Shown: piece after piece, positions 26,761-37,098 of the stretch
Layout of the letters: the number at the start of each line of letters is the position of its first letter
Numbering within the stretch: position 1 is the first letter of the stretch
Source of the DNA: Malacoraja senta
Taxonomy: Eukaryota
Direction of reading: 5' to 3'
Length of the DNA stretch: 64,000 nt
Assembly: GCA_038087875.1 (NCBI GenBank)
Contig: CM075988.1
Location: forward strand, 5,766,001-5,830,000
Translations under genes and position numbers: made by a program
The notes under the pieces: model-generated
Told to the model about the DNA's origin: nothing
Seen by the model: the letters and a program-made list of their open reading frames with translations, nothing else
Databases searched by the model: none

Positions 26761-27645
26761 ATTTACACCACCCTTCATGTAAAATAAGTTACCCGTCAGA
26801 TTCCTGTAAAATCATTCCTTCACCTCAAACCTATGCCTTCTAGTTCTTGATTCCAGCTACTCTGGGCAAGAAACTCTGTGCATCTACCTGATCTATTCCT
26901 CTCGCGATTTTGTACAATATACGATCACCCCTCATCCTTCTGCGCTCCATGGAATAGTCCCAACCTGCTTAACCTCTCCCTTTAGCTCAGACCATCGAGA
27001 CCTGGCAACATCCTCGCAAATCTTCTCTGCACCCTTTGCAACTTGACAACATCTTTCCTATAACATGGTGCCCAGAACTGAACACAATACTCTAAATGCA
27101 GCTTCACCAACGTTTTATATGATTGCAGCATGACATCCCAACTTCTATACTCAATACTCTGACTGATGAAGGCCGATGTGCCAAAAGCCTTCTTGCCGAC
27201 CCTATCTACCTGTGATGCCACCTTCAAAGAGCTATGTACGTACTCTCTGCTGTGGTGTTGTGTTCATAAGATCATTAGTGATAGGAGTAGAATTAGGCCA
27301 CTCAGCCCATCAAGTTTACTCCACCATTCAATCATGGCTGATCTATCTCTTCCTCCTATCCCCATTCTCCTGCCTTCTCCCCATAACCCCTGAAACCATA
27401 CTAATCAAGAATCTATCTATCTCTGCCTTAAATAGACTTGGCCTCCACAGCATTCTGTGGTAAAGAATTCCACAGATTGACCACCCTCTGACTAAAGAAA
27501 TTCCTCCGCATCTCCTTTCTAAAATAACTTCCTTTAATTCTGAGGCTACGACCTCTAGTCCTAGACTCTCCCTGGAGTGGAAACATTCTCTCCTCATCCA
27601 CTCTATCCAAGCCTTTCACTATTCTGTAAGTTTCAATGAGGTCCC
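26760..27645 (-). mobile_element. Two CR1 3' fragments
   Basis: ORFs 26982-27227 and 27428-27619 carry CR1 C-terminal motifs. Confidence 0.8.
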
Positions 27646-28703
27646 CAAAAGTCCAAAGTGTTTTCCAAAGTCAGAAGGGCGGGTGAGGGGGAGGGGGAGG
27701 TGGGGGGGGGGGGTTAGCCGAGTTCAGGGAAAGAGTTTCTACAATTGCATTTTAAGGTCATAAGTCACTCGTTGAGAAGTAACCATTGTCATAGCAACTA
27801 AACCAGGGGAAACAGGAAAATGATCAACATGACTTACAGGAAGGCAGGAAATTGTTGGCCGCTGAGGATGCAATAATGATTCTATTTTCCTGTAAATTAT
27901 AAGCCAGTACAGCACGTGTAATTCAAATTACTATCTTTAAACCAGGTTATAGACAATAGACAATAGAAAATTACTAACCAGAAACAAATGAAAAGTGGCA
28001 CAGTGGCGCAACTGGTAGAGCCACTGCCTCACTGTGCCAAAGACCTGGGATTAATCCTGACCGGGTGCTGTCTGAGTGGAGTTTGCACGTTTTCCCTGTG
28101 ATCGCATGGGCTGCATCCGGGCTCTCCGGTTTCCACCCACATCCCAAAGACGTGCGGGTTTGTGGGTTGACTGGCCTCTGTAAATTGCATCGGAGGAAAC
28201 TGCCAGATGCTAGTTTACACCAGAAGACAGACACAAAATGATGGAGTAACTCAGTGGGTCAGGCAGTATCTCTGGAGAAAAATAGGTGGCGTTTTGGGTC
28301 GGAATCTTTCTTTAGACAGAAAGTAGAGGTGGGGGGAGGGGTTGGGAAAATAAACCGGAGAGAGAAAAGGCAAGAACAAATCAGGAAGTGTGGAGCCCAC
28401 AATGGCCCGTTGTTGGCTGGGGAAAGAGGCGATAACAAGAGGGGTACAAGGATGCGCACAAGGAATCTCTTCTGTAAATTGCCCCTAGTGCGTAGGGAGT
28501 GGATGCAAAAGTGGGATAACATAGAACTAGTGTGAACGGGAGAATGCTGGATGACATGGACTCGGTGGGGTGAAGGGCCTGTTTTCCCTGCTGTCTTTTT
28601 CAACCTACTGAAAAGTGGGTGGCAGGTGGTGGTTCTAACATGTGGAGGTGACTGCACTTCCCTGCAAACACATCTGTAAGTTTCAGTAGCTGGAGAAGCT
28701 TTA

Positions 28704-29017
28704 AGCCCCTGTCCCACTTTCCCGAGTTACTCACGAATTCTCCCGAGTTTTCCTCTTGATTCAAACTCGGAGAATTACGGTAATAGCCAGCCGTAGGTAC
28801 TCGGGGCTATTTTTATTTTTTTACTCGTGGACATTTATCAACATGCTGAAAAAACGTCCCAACCTACCTGATGCCCCGAGTACCCACGGCTGGCATTACG
28901 AGCCGCTACGAGATATCTACGGACGCCTACGGACTCGCTACGGACATTCTCCGAGTTTGAAGCAAGGGGAAAACTCGGGAGAATTCGTGAGTAACTCGGG
29001 AAAGTGGGACAGGCCCT
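28704..29017. mobile_element. PIF/Harbinger-type MITE with about 70-bp TIRs
   Basis: CCTGTCCCACTTTCCCGAGTTACTCACGAATTCTCCCGAGTTTT... mirrored at the right end; TTA on both sides (28701-28703, 29018-29020). Confidence 0.85.
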
Positions 29018-30199
29018 TTAGTAAGTAGCTAGTATCCAAATTAAACTGTAAAATAGGTAAGGTAATGGCATTTGGATTACAGGCTGAAGCAAGTGCAATT
29101 TTACTGAGAGTCAACATGGTCAGAGAACTGAAATGTGCGGCTGGAAAGGGCTGTCGTGAGGGAATTGGGCTTAAATTTATGGACAAGTGTAAACTCACTG
29201 ACCGTTTCGCTGAACACTAATGCTCGGTCCGCCAAGGCCTCCCGGTTGCTAACCATTTGAACTCCCCTTTCCATTCCCACACTGACCTTTCTGTCCTGGG
29301 CCTCCTCCATTGCCATGGCAAGGCCACACGCAAACTGGAGGAACAGCAGCTCATATTCCGCATGGGTAGCTTACAACTGAACAGTATGAAGACTGAATTC
29401 TCTAACTTTAAGTAACTTCTACAAACACTTCCCTACCCCCTCTCTCCCTTTCCTCCACTAAAAGTCAGTTAACCAGTTCCACAGTTCACAATGACGTGTC
29501 CCTCTTTGGATCACACCGTCCCCAGTCAACAATTGGCCTATCAGGGAACCTCCCTGACTGAGGTCACCTGCTGCCGGTCACGTTTTGGCCTGGTCTTTCT
29601 TGTTCCCAGACCATACCCCCCCCCCCCCCCAAAACCCACAATCAGTCTGAAGTAGGGTCATAAGTTCTAGGAGCAGAGTTCGGCCATTCGGCACATCAAG
29701 TCTACTTTGCCATTCAATCATGGCTTATCTATCTCTCCCTCTCAACCCCATTCTCCTGCCTGCTCCCCATAACCCCTGATGCCCTTACTACATTGAACGT
29801 TGAATGTTAAATTCTATCACAATATCATCACTGTTCCTCAAGGGCCCCTAAACCTCCAGATCATCATTAAATCTCTTGCACATCATAACACTCAATCTCA
29901 AATTGACTGTTTCCTTTTCCTAATTCGTAGCAATATTTTTCTTTTTTACTCCATTACCTCATCCTCCATGTTATTACAGGTAATTTGGTTTCACATAGAT
30001 TATGGTATATACATAGATCAATACTCCACATGGTTAATTATCGTTCTTAAGAGTTAGAGACAGAGCATTGAAATAGGCCCTTCGCCCACCGTCCACGCTG
30101 CCCATTGATCATCTGTTCACACTAGTTCTACGTTACGCAACTCGAGGCCACCTCAGCGACAGAGACCATCTCAGCACTAGTGCCATCTCGAGCACATAA

Positions 30200-30613
30200 A
30201 GGGCCCGTCCCACTTTCACGACTTAATACAAAACCTCTGCCGAGTTTAAAGGACCTAAAAAAAAATCAAGATCGTGGTAATCTACAAACTCCTACGACCT
30301 TCCACCACTATGTTCACGAACTCCTACGAGTATGTCTATGAATTCCCACGACTATTTTGATGCCCTCCTTAAGAGTAATTGCAATTTCTTTCATTCCGAC
30401 CATTTTTTTACTCGTAGACATTTTTTATCGGGCTGGAAAAAAAGTCCCGACTAACCTGATGCCACGAGTACCTACGGCTAGCATAACGGGCCGCTACGAT
30501 ATATCTACGAACTCCCACGACCTCCTAGGGACACGTTACGAACATTCTGCGAGTTTGAATCAAGGGGAAAACTCGGGAGAATTCGTGAATTGTCTCGTGA
30601 AAGTGGGACACTC
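30200..30613. mobile_element. PIF/Harbinger-type MITE related to 28704-29017
   Basis: AGGGCCCGTCCCACTTTCACGA...TCGTGAAAGTGGGAC; shares the internal GAGTTTGAA.CAAGGGGAAAACTCGGGAGAATTCGTGA. Confidence 0.75.
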
Positions 30614-30640
30614 CAACACACTCCAACAATATTCACTTAC

Positions 30641-30647
30641 GAGCCAT
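30641..30647 (-). CDS. TIRAP: TIRAP start-codon segment (ATG GCT C) of predicted exon 30641-30785
   Basis: Acceptor ctaactgtttcgttctgcttcgcag| at 30786 and donor |gtaagt at 30640. The phase-1 junction gives MARFFRWF..., matching the MA|xWF pattern of vertebrate TIRAP. Confidence 0.7.
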
Positions 30648-31214
30648 GTGCTGCTGTGAGGACCACACCTATGCACCACACACGACCAAGACAGTAGCCA
30701 ATGGAGCCAATTCCTTCTTCAGCTTGCCGTTCTGGTTAGCAGCAGAAGAACCTTCTCTCCGAACACTACTGCATGGTGGCTTCACCTGCGAAGCAGAACG
30801 AAACAGTTAGCCAAATTCTGCCAGTTGATAATCTACGTCACCAATCCTGTAACCAGGTTAATTCCCAATGGAGAGAAGTCCACACAGCAAACGCGTTCAA
30901 TCACAAGGAGGACCCTGAACGGCTAGCACGGAGATGGAACAACTTCACGAGGATGCAATTGATCACATAAGGGAGGACATAGAGAGATCCTTATACCATA
31001 TCTAACCAATACATTGGCAACTTGGTAGGTCAGTTTCAGCACTAAAATGACTAACAAGTAACAAATTCTCGTTTTGGAGATTTGAATGCTGAAGAACGAA
31101 GGAGACTGCAGAAACTGGTGGACATTGCCTGGTCCATCAATGGTATTGACCTCTACACCAATGAAGAGATCTACAGGAAGTGCTACCTTGTGAAGGCAAG
31201 TCCACAACCCCCTG

Positions 31215-31727
31215 AATGTGGTAACACAAGTAGATAGAGTGGTAAAGAAGGCATATGATATGCTGGCTTTCATAGGTCGGGGCATTGAGTATAAGAGTCA
31301 CATGAAGCTTTATAAGACTTTGGTTAGGCCGCATTTGGAGTATTGTGTGCAGTTCTGCTCACCCCATTACAGGGAGGATGAGAGGCTTTAGAAAGGGTGC
31401 TGTGAAGGTTTACCAGAATGATGCCTGGATTAGGGGATATCAGCTACAGGAAGAGGTTGAACAGACTTGGATTGTTCCTTCTGAAACGCCAGAGGTGCTC
31501 AGAGAACTGATAGAAGTATAGGCAATATGAGTGGCATGGAGAAGATATTCAGTCAGAACCTTTTTACCAAATGGAACTATCAAATACGAGAGCATAGTAT
31601 TATGGTGAGAGGGTCGACATTTACAGGAGATGTGCGGGCATGTTTTTTAAAATAAATACAGCGAGTGCCTGGAATGCATTGACATAGATACAATAGTGAT
31701 ACTTAAAAAACTTTTGGATAGGCCTTC
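31215..31727 (+). mobile_element. Degenerate CR1 3' fragment interrupted by the LTR element; resumes at 34291-34370
   Basis: KLYKTLVRPHLEYCVQF motif; the CR1 3' UTR-like tail continues after the right TSD. Confidence 0.75.
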
Positions 31728-32763
31728 TGTTACAGGGCAACAGGTTGAAGGATCTGACTAGTAGAACAGAAAAAGGCTCACTCGTCTGTTCAATCACAAA
31801 TCAGTTTTATTGGCAAAAGAGAACAAAAACAATACTTGTCTTGGTAGCGCGGGGTCCGTTTTACAGCAGCACACCTCTCTCTCTCTCTCTCCCTCTCCCC
31901 CTCTCCCTCCCTCTACCTCTGTAGCGCTGATCGCGACTCAGCCCATCAGTGAACCCCTCTTGTACACAAACTCACTTCTGGCCAAAGATCCTCTAGCGGA
32001 GCAAGATAGACCGCTCCTTCTAAATGCAATGGGCTGACGTGTAGTACACAACGGAGCGGAACGTGGGCCTTTTTTTCATCCATTTCAGTAACCGACCCGA
32101 CCCGACTCGCAGTGTAATCAAAGTTGCTGGGGGAACAGTTTGTGTTAATAAATTATAATTCTGAAAATGAGAAGAGTTTTACCAAAGAACTTTTATTTTT
32201 ACGAGGATGTTTCCGTAACCGGCTTCCGTCTCCGCACTAGTATCTTTGCTCCGCTATGGGATCTTTGGTGCGGAGACGGAAGCCGGTTACGGAAATGGGG
32301 CCAGAAATTACCCATGAATCTGCCCATGACCGTACTACATCTTTTTCGTCGAGTGATCTATCTTGCTTGCTATAGGATCTTTGCTTCTGGCTTCCTGGCG
32401 CCTGCCTTTATACAGGCAAGTAATCAGCTGTTGAAATAACCACTGATAAGTCCAGGCCAATAACGCTGCTCCCAAATTTAAACTATAACCAATGGCAGGG
32501 GACTGCATCCCAGCCAGCCCCCCTTTGGGAACAAAGTGTTATCAGCTACAGACTTGGTGCGCAAAGCAATATACACACAGAGCTGCTGGTTTTGCGTGCA
32601 AAGGCTTAAACAGAGGGTTGTCAGCTTAACGCGTCAGAATTCAAACAAAGAGCTGTCGACTGAAGCACTCTGGGTTCTAAAAATAGCGCTACCGACCACA
32701 ATGCTATGGGCTTCAAACAGCGCTATGGGCCACAGACTGCTCGGGCAAAATTCTCATATAACA
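31728..32763 (-). repeat. 3' LTR (contains a MITE at 31983-32383)
   Basis: TGT...ACA termini; minus-strand TATAAA at 32407-32412 and AATAAA at 31806-31811; colinear with 33777-34285. Confidence 0.9.
31983..32383. mobile_element. MITE with CAAAGATC termini and perfect 8-bp TSD CTTCTGGC
   Basis: TIRs CAAAGATCCTCTAGCGGAGCAAGATAGA / TCTATCTTGCTTGCTATAGGATCTTTG; TSD 31975-31982 and 32384-32391; the empty site is visible in the other LTR (about 34007-34014). Confidence 0.9.
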
Positions 32764-32774
32764 TTCCACCCCTC
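32764..32774 (-). promoter_or_regulatory. Polypurine tract
   Basis: Minus strand GAGGGGTGGAA immediately precedes the TGT of the 3' LTR. Confidence 0.8.
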
Positions 32775-32829
32775 GAACAGTCTGGTCACCTTCACATCCG
32801 GCCCACAGGCGTTACCTCGTTACATCCGG

Positions 32830-33057
32830 CCCACAGGCTGTAGTAAAGTCCACGCAGTCATGATGCCAATCCACACATACAACACAGTAATATTATGTCC
32901 CAATGGTCAGTCCCCAGTGCACCACTGTTGTCCACCAGCCTCCAAACATCCCGAAAGGCCACCATCCCTCTGAAGGATTGCAGTCATGGCACTATTCTCC
33001 GACCCCTCAAATCTTCTCTACGGCTTCCTGGATGTGGTTAGCGAGGTTGGTGAGGTT
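32830..33057 (-). pseudogene. Retroviral env transmembrane-subunit C-terminal remnant (putative)
   Basis: NLTNLANHIQEAVEKI*GVGE*CHDCNPSEGWWPFGMFGGWWTTVVHWGLTIG / IILLCCMCGLAS: an N-glycosylation sequon plus heptad, a Trp-rich membrane-proximal segment and a hydrophobic anchor with CC, just upstream of the PPT. Confidence 0.6.
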
Positions 33058-33067
33058 TTATTTTACT

Positions 33068-33717
33068 TCACTCAGGATCAAACCAGTCACCGAGTCGGTA
33101 TGACCACGCATGGCACAAATTAACTTGTGTTGTCGGAGGTCCCAAACCTTAATGCCCTCATCAATACCAGAAGAGATAATCTGATCGCTTGTGTCATTAA
33201 ACGTTACTGCCAGTACTTGGTACGTGTTCTAAAACGTATCGATTGCAGCCTTCTTCCGAATGTCCCATAACTTCTCTGTTTCGTCGTCGCTTCTGTGGTC
33301 CCCGTCGGACTACAAGCATGAATTCACAAAGGATGTGTGACCTTTAAGCCTCTTGATTCTTTCACCTGCTTCACTCCCACACTGCTACAGTTTTGTCTGT
33401 TGATGCTAGAAAAAGCATGCTGTCACCCATGTTATAATGCAATTCCATTACTGCTCCACACTGCCTTTCAATGTAGCATAATAATCGCAATCGCCATGTA
33501 TATTCCAAAACATATGAGTCGATTAAATCCTGCAGATGCCAGTGTTGATCCATTCAGGTGAAACTTCTCCCTCGTGACCCGTTAAAAGCATTAGAGGAGC
33601 TTGAAGTCTCAAGGTTCTTGGTCCTGCCTGCAGCATGGCCTGCTGCGGGCTCCCCTGCACCGAGGGCAGCAGCTTGTTGCGGGGGTGCTTGGCCTGCACC
33701 AGCGCCATCTCATTTGC
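33068..33717 (-). pseudogene. SNRNP40: Processed, 3'-truncated SNRNP40 (U5-40K/WDR57) pseudogene
   Basis: Contiguous intron-free translation with frameshifts and stops: LQAPLMLLTGHEGEV, FHLNGSTLASAGFNRLI, GDCDYYATLKG, GAVMELHYN, ASTDKTVAVW, RIKRLKGHTSFVNSC, RRGPQ, KLWDIRKKAAI, NTYQVLAVTFNDTSDQIISSGID, IKVWDLRQ, MRGHTDSVTGL. Confidence 0.95.
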
Positions 33718-33756
33718 TATTTCTTTTTACCAAACATTTTCTATTCTCTTCGTCAG

Positions 33757-33774
33757 ATCCTGCCGACTACGCCA
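33757..33774 (-). promoter_or_regulatory. Primer-binding site complementary to tRNA-Ser
   Basis: Minus TGGCGTAGTCGGCAGGAT, 2 nt after the 5' LTR. The plus strand ATCCTGCCGACTACGCCA equals the 3' end plus CCA of vertebrate tRNA-Ser(AGA/TGA) as I recall it. Confidence 0.88.
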
Positions 33775-33776
33775 AA

Positions 33777-34285
33777 TGTTGCGAGGGAACAGGTTCAAGG
33801 ATCTGACTAGTAGAACAGAAAAAGGCTCACTCGTCTGTTCAGTCACAGATTCGTTTTATTGGCAAAAGAGAACAAAAACAATACTTGTCTTGGCATGCGC
33901 GGGGTCCGTTTTACAGCAGCGCACCTCTCTACCTCTCTCTCTTCCTCCGTCCACGACGCTGATCGCGACTCAGCCTGTCGGTGAAACCCTCTCGTACATA
34001 AACTCACTTCTGGCTTCCTGGCGCCTTCCTTTATACAGGTAAGAAATTAGCTGTTTTTAATAACCGTTGGTAAGTCCTGGCCAACAGCGCTGCTCCCAAA
34101 TTCAAACTATAACTAATGGCAGGGGACTTCACCTGAGCCAGCCAGCCCCCCCCCCCCCACTTTGGGAACGAAGCGCTATCAGCCGCAGACTGGCGCGTAA
34201 AGCACAATGCAATGGGCTTCAAACATAGAGCTAGGGCCACAGCGCTGTGGGTCACAGGCTGTTCAGGAAAAATTTCAGTATAAGA
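33777..34285 (-). repeat. 5' LTR (509 bp)
   Basis: Minus-strand TATAAA at 34030-34035 and AATAAA at 33855-33860; ends ...AACA before the PBS; the outer terminus reads TCT instead of TGT. Confidence 0.9.
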
Positions 34286-34924
34286 CCTTCTAAAGGCAGA
34301 TAAGATTTAGTCAACATCATGTTCAGCACAGACAACATGGGTCTGTTCTTGTACTGTATTATTCTGTTCTTAGTTTAGATCAGAGATAGAATGCGGTTTA
34401 AGTTCAGCCTGCTGAGTCCGCGTTGACCCTTGACCCTTACACCCGTTTTATTTTACATTCTAGAGACAATTTTACAGATGCCAAATAAATCTACAAACCT
34501 GCACGTCTTTAGAATGTGGGAGGAAACCGGAGCACCCGGAGGAAACTCACATAGTCGCATGGAGAATGCACAAACTCCGTGTAGACAATAGTGCTTTATT
34601 TGTCATATGTGCAACTGCACAATGAAATTCCTTTTGCATATAAGCATCGGGGGGCTATGGCGGCCTGAGAAGGCACATCAGTGTTGTCTCAGTAGCCCAG
34701 TCTCCAGCTCATTTGATCCACACCATGTGCTTTCAGAAATGATGGAGAGCGATGGATTCAGCACAGCTGCTGGACAGGACAACTGTCGCACCAAGGATGT
34801 GTAGGAAGGAACTGCAGATGCTGGTTTACACCGAAGACACACACAAATTGCCAGAGTAACTCAGCGGAAAAGGCAGCATTCTGGAGAGAAGGAATGGGTA
34901 ACGTTTCGGGTCGAGACCTTTCTA

Positions 34925-35330
34925 AGGGGGGACTTGATAGAGGTCTTTAAAATGATGAACGGGTTAGACAGAGTTGACGTGGATAAGCTTTTCCCATTGA
35001 GAGTAGGGAAGATTCAAACAAGGGGACATGACTTGAGAATTAAGGGACAGAAGTTTAGGGGTAACATTAGGGGTAACTTCTTTACTCAGAGAGTGGTAGC
35101 TGTGTGGAATGAGCTTCCAGTGGAAGTGGTGGAGGCAGGTTCGATTTTATCCTTTAAAAATAGATTGGATGGGTATATGGACGGGAAAGGAATGGAGGGT
35201 TATGGTCTGAGTGCAGGTAGGGGGACTAGGGGGAAGAAAAAAGGGGGGGAAAAAGGAAACAAAAAAAGTGTTCGGCACGGACTTGAAGGGCCAAGATGAC
35301 CCGTTTCCGTGCTGTGATGGTTATATGGTT
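34925..35330 (+). mobile_element. CR1 3' fragment, same young subfamily as 6360-6775
   Basis: Nearly identical nucleotide sequence and translation (IEVFK.M.GLDRVDVDKLFPLRVGKIQTRGH). Confidence 0.9.
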
Positions 35331-36971
35331 CAGACAGAAGGGCCTCAACTTGAACATGCGCCTACTGCCCAAGCCAGACATAATACCAGATTAAACTAAT
35401 CTCCTCTTCCTGAACATAATCCATACCCCTCCGTTCCTTGCATATCCATGTGCCTATCTAATAGCCTCTAAATGTTCCTATTGTATCTCTCCACCACAAA
35501 CACTGGCAGCGTGCTCCAGGCACCCACCACATCTCATGTTCATTAGGTCTAGGAGCGGACTTAGGCCATTCGGCCCATCAAGTATATTCTGCCATTCAAT
35601 CATGGCTGATCTATCTTTCCCTCTCCCAACCCCATTCCCCTGATATTTCCCCATAATCCCTGGCACCCGTACTAATCAAGAATCTATCAATCTCCACTGT
35701 AAAAATATCCATTGACATGACCTCCACAGCCATCTGTGTAAATGAATTCTACAGATTCACCACACTCCGACTAAAGAAATATTTTATGTGTCATTCCTAA
35801 CTGTCACTGTATGTCATGTTGTCACTTGCGGGTGGAGCACCAAGGCAAGTTCCTTGTATGTGAATATACTTGGCCAATAAACGTATTCATTCATAAACTT
35901 ATTCATTCATTCATTCGCAATTAAATCTTGCTCATCTCACCATAAAGCTATGCCCTCTAGTCTCCATCGTAGTTCCAATCAGTCCAGCCTCTGAACACCA
36001 CAGTGGTAAGTCCTCAGTACAATGTCCTCCACCCAGCCATCTCCTGCTGCCCCACCAATGACTTCCCTTCCATCACAAACGCCTGAAATGAGGATGTTTG
36101 CTGATGTTTGCAACTATGGTCTATTCTGATGCAAGTACTCAGCAAATGAAGCAACCCAACGGGTACAAATAAAACCTTTGGAGTAATTAGTTTGCAACAG
36201 CAAGGCAGAATGGTAAAGCTATCTATCACATACTGTATATGTTATTTGGGGATCATTTCCAGAGTTCAGACGGGGGAAAGGTTCCCCAGGCTTGCTCTAG
36301 TCGGGAACATCACAACTGGTGGGGCAGCTGGGAGAGCTGCTGCCTCACAGCGCCGAAGACCCGGGTTCGATCCTGACCTCGGGTGCTGTCTGTGTGGAGT
36401 TTGCAACCACACAGGTGCTCGGGTTTCTACCCACGTCCCAAAGATGTGGGGGGTTCCATAGGTTATACTGGGCTCTGAAAATTACCCCTAATGTAGACGG
36501 CTGGTAGAGTTTGCGGAAGGGAGGGGGAGGGAGGAGAGGAGGGGGGAGGGGAAGGAGGGGGGAGGGGAAGGAGGGGGGAAGGAGGAGGGGAAGGGAGGAG
36601 GGGAGGGGAAGGGTTGATGAGAATCTGGAATTAATTACTGTAAATGATCGTAGCAGAGTCCGTGGGCCGAAGGGCCTGTTTGGTTTCAGTGTCGAGGAGG
36701 GGGGAAGTGATCATCAAAGAGTGTTGTATTATCAGAAGTCCCAGAGGGAGCAGAAACTTACTTGCAGCGGCACGACAGAATGTGTAACTTAGTACTCTGT
36801 AAACAAGATAATAAACTAGAAAACAAGTTACTCCCCGCAGTTAACATAACTCTTTATAACACAGCACATGCGGACAGGCGGCGGTTTCGGTACAGACAAA
36901 AATACCTATCAGGAAGTGGTAAGAAAGTACTTGCGGCGGTGGAACAAAGTGCTCGCCATTCCCAGTCGGAG

Positions 36972-37098
36972 TGTGGTGTGGTGTAGTGTAGTGTAGTGGT
37001 GAGGAGGTGCGGGTCCCGTCCCGTCCCGTCCCGTCCCGTCCCGTCCCAGTCCCAGTCCCAGCCCCAGCCCCAGTCCCAGCCCCAGCCCCAGCCCCAGC
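36972..37098. repeat. Compound microsatellite (TGTRG)n, (CCCGT)n, (CCCAGY)n; shorter in the duplicate at 43142-43220
   Basis: Directly visible. Confidence 0.9.

Larger units (their letters stand above)
31728..34285 (-). mobile_element. Non-autonomous LTR retroelement / endogenous retrovirus carrying a captured SNRNP40 cDNA
   Basis: Direct repeats 31728-32763 and 33777-34285; TSD CCTTC (31723-31727, 34286-34290); PBS and PPT correctly placed on minus. Confidence 0.92.

Noticed and set aside
27838..27890. Possible extra TIRAP exon (tttacag...gtaagt)
   Set aside because: 53 nt would shift the frame between the start exon and the TIR exon, and there is no homology support.
33068..33717. Functional SNRNP40 gene
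   Set aside because: Multiple frameshifts, in-frame stops and deletions, and the last third of the protein is missing.
33757..33774. tRNA-Ser gene
   Set aside because: Only the 3' 18 nt including CCA are present, adjacent to an LTR. It is a PBS.
35478..35666. ORF ending in GEIQ like the SNRNP40 C-terminus
   Set aside because: It lies in CR1 3' fragments outside the provirus and the rest shows no WD40 similarity, so it is coincidental.
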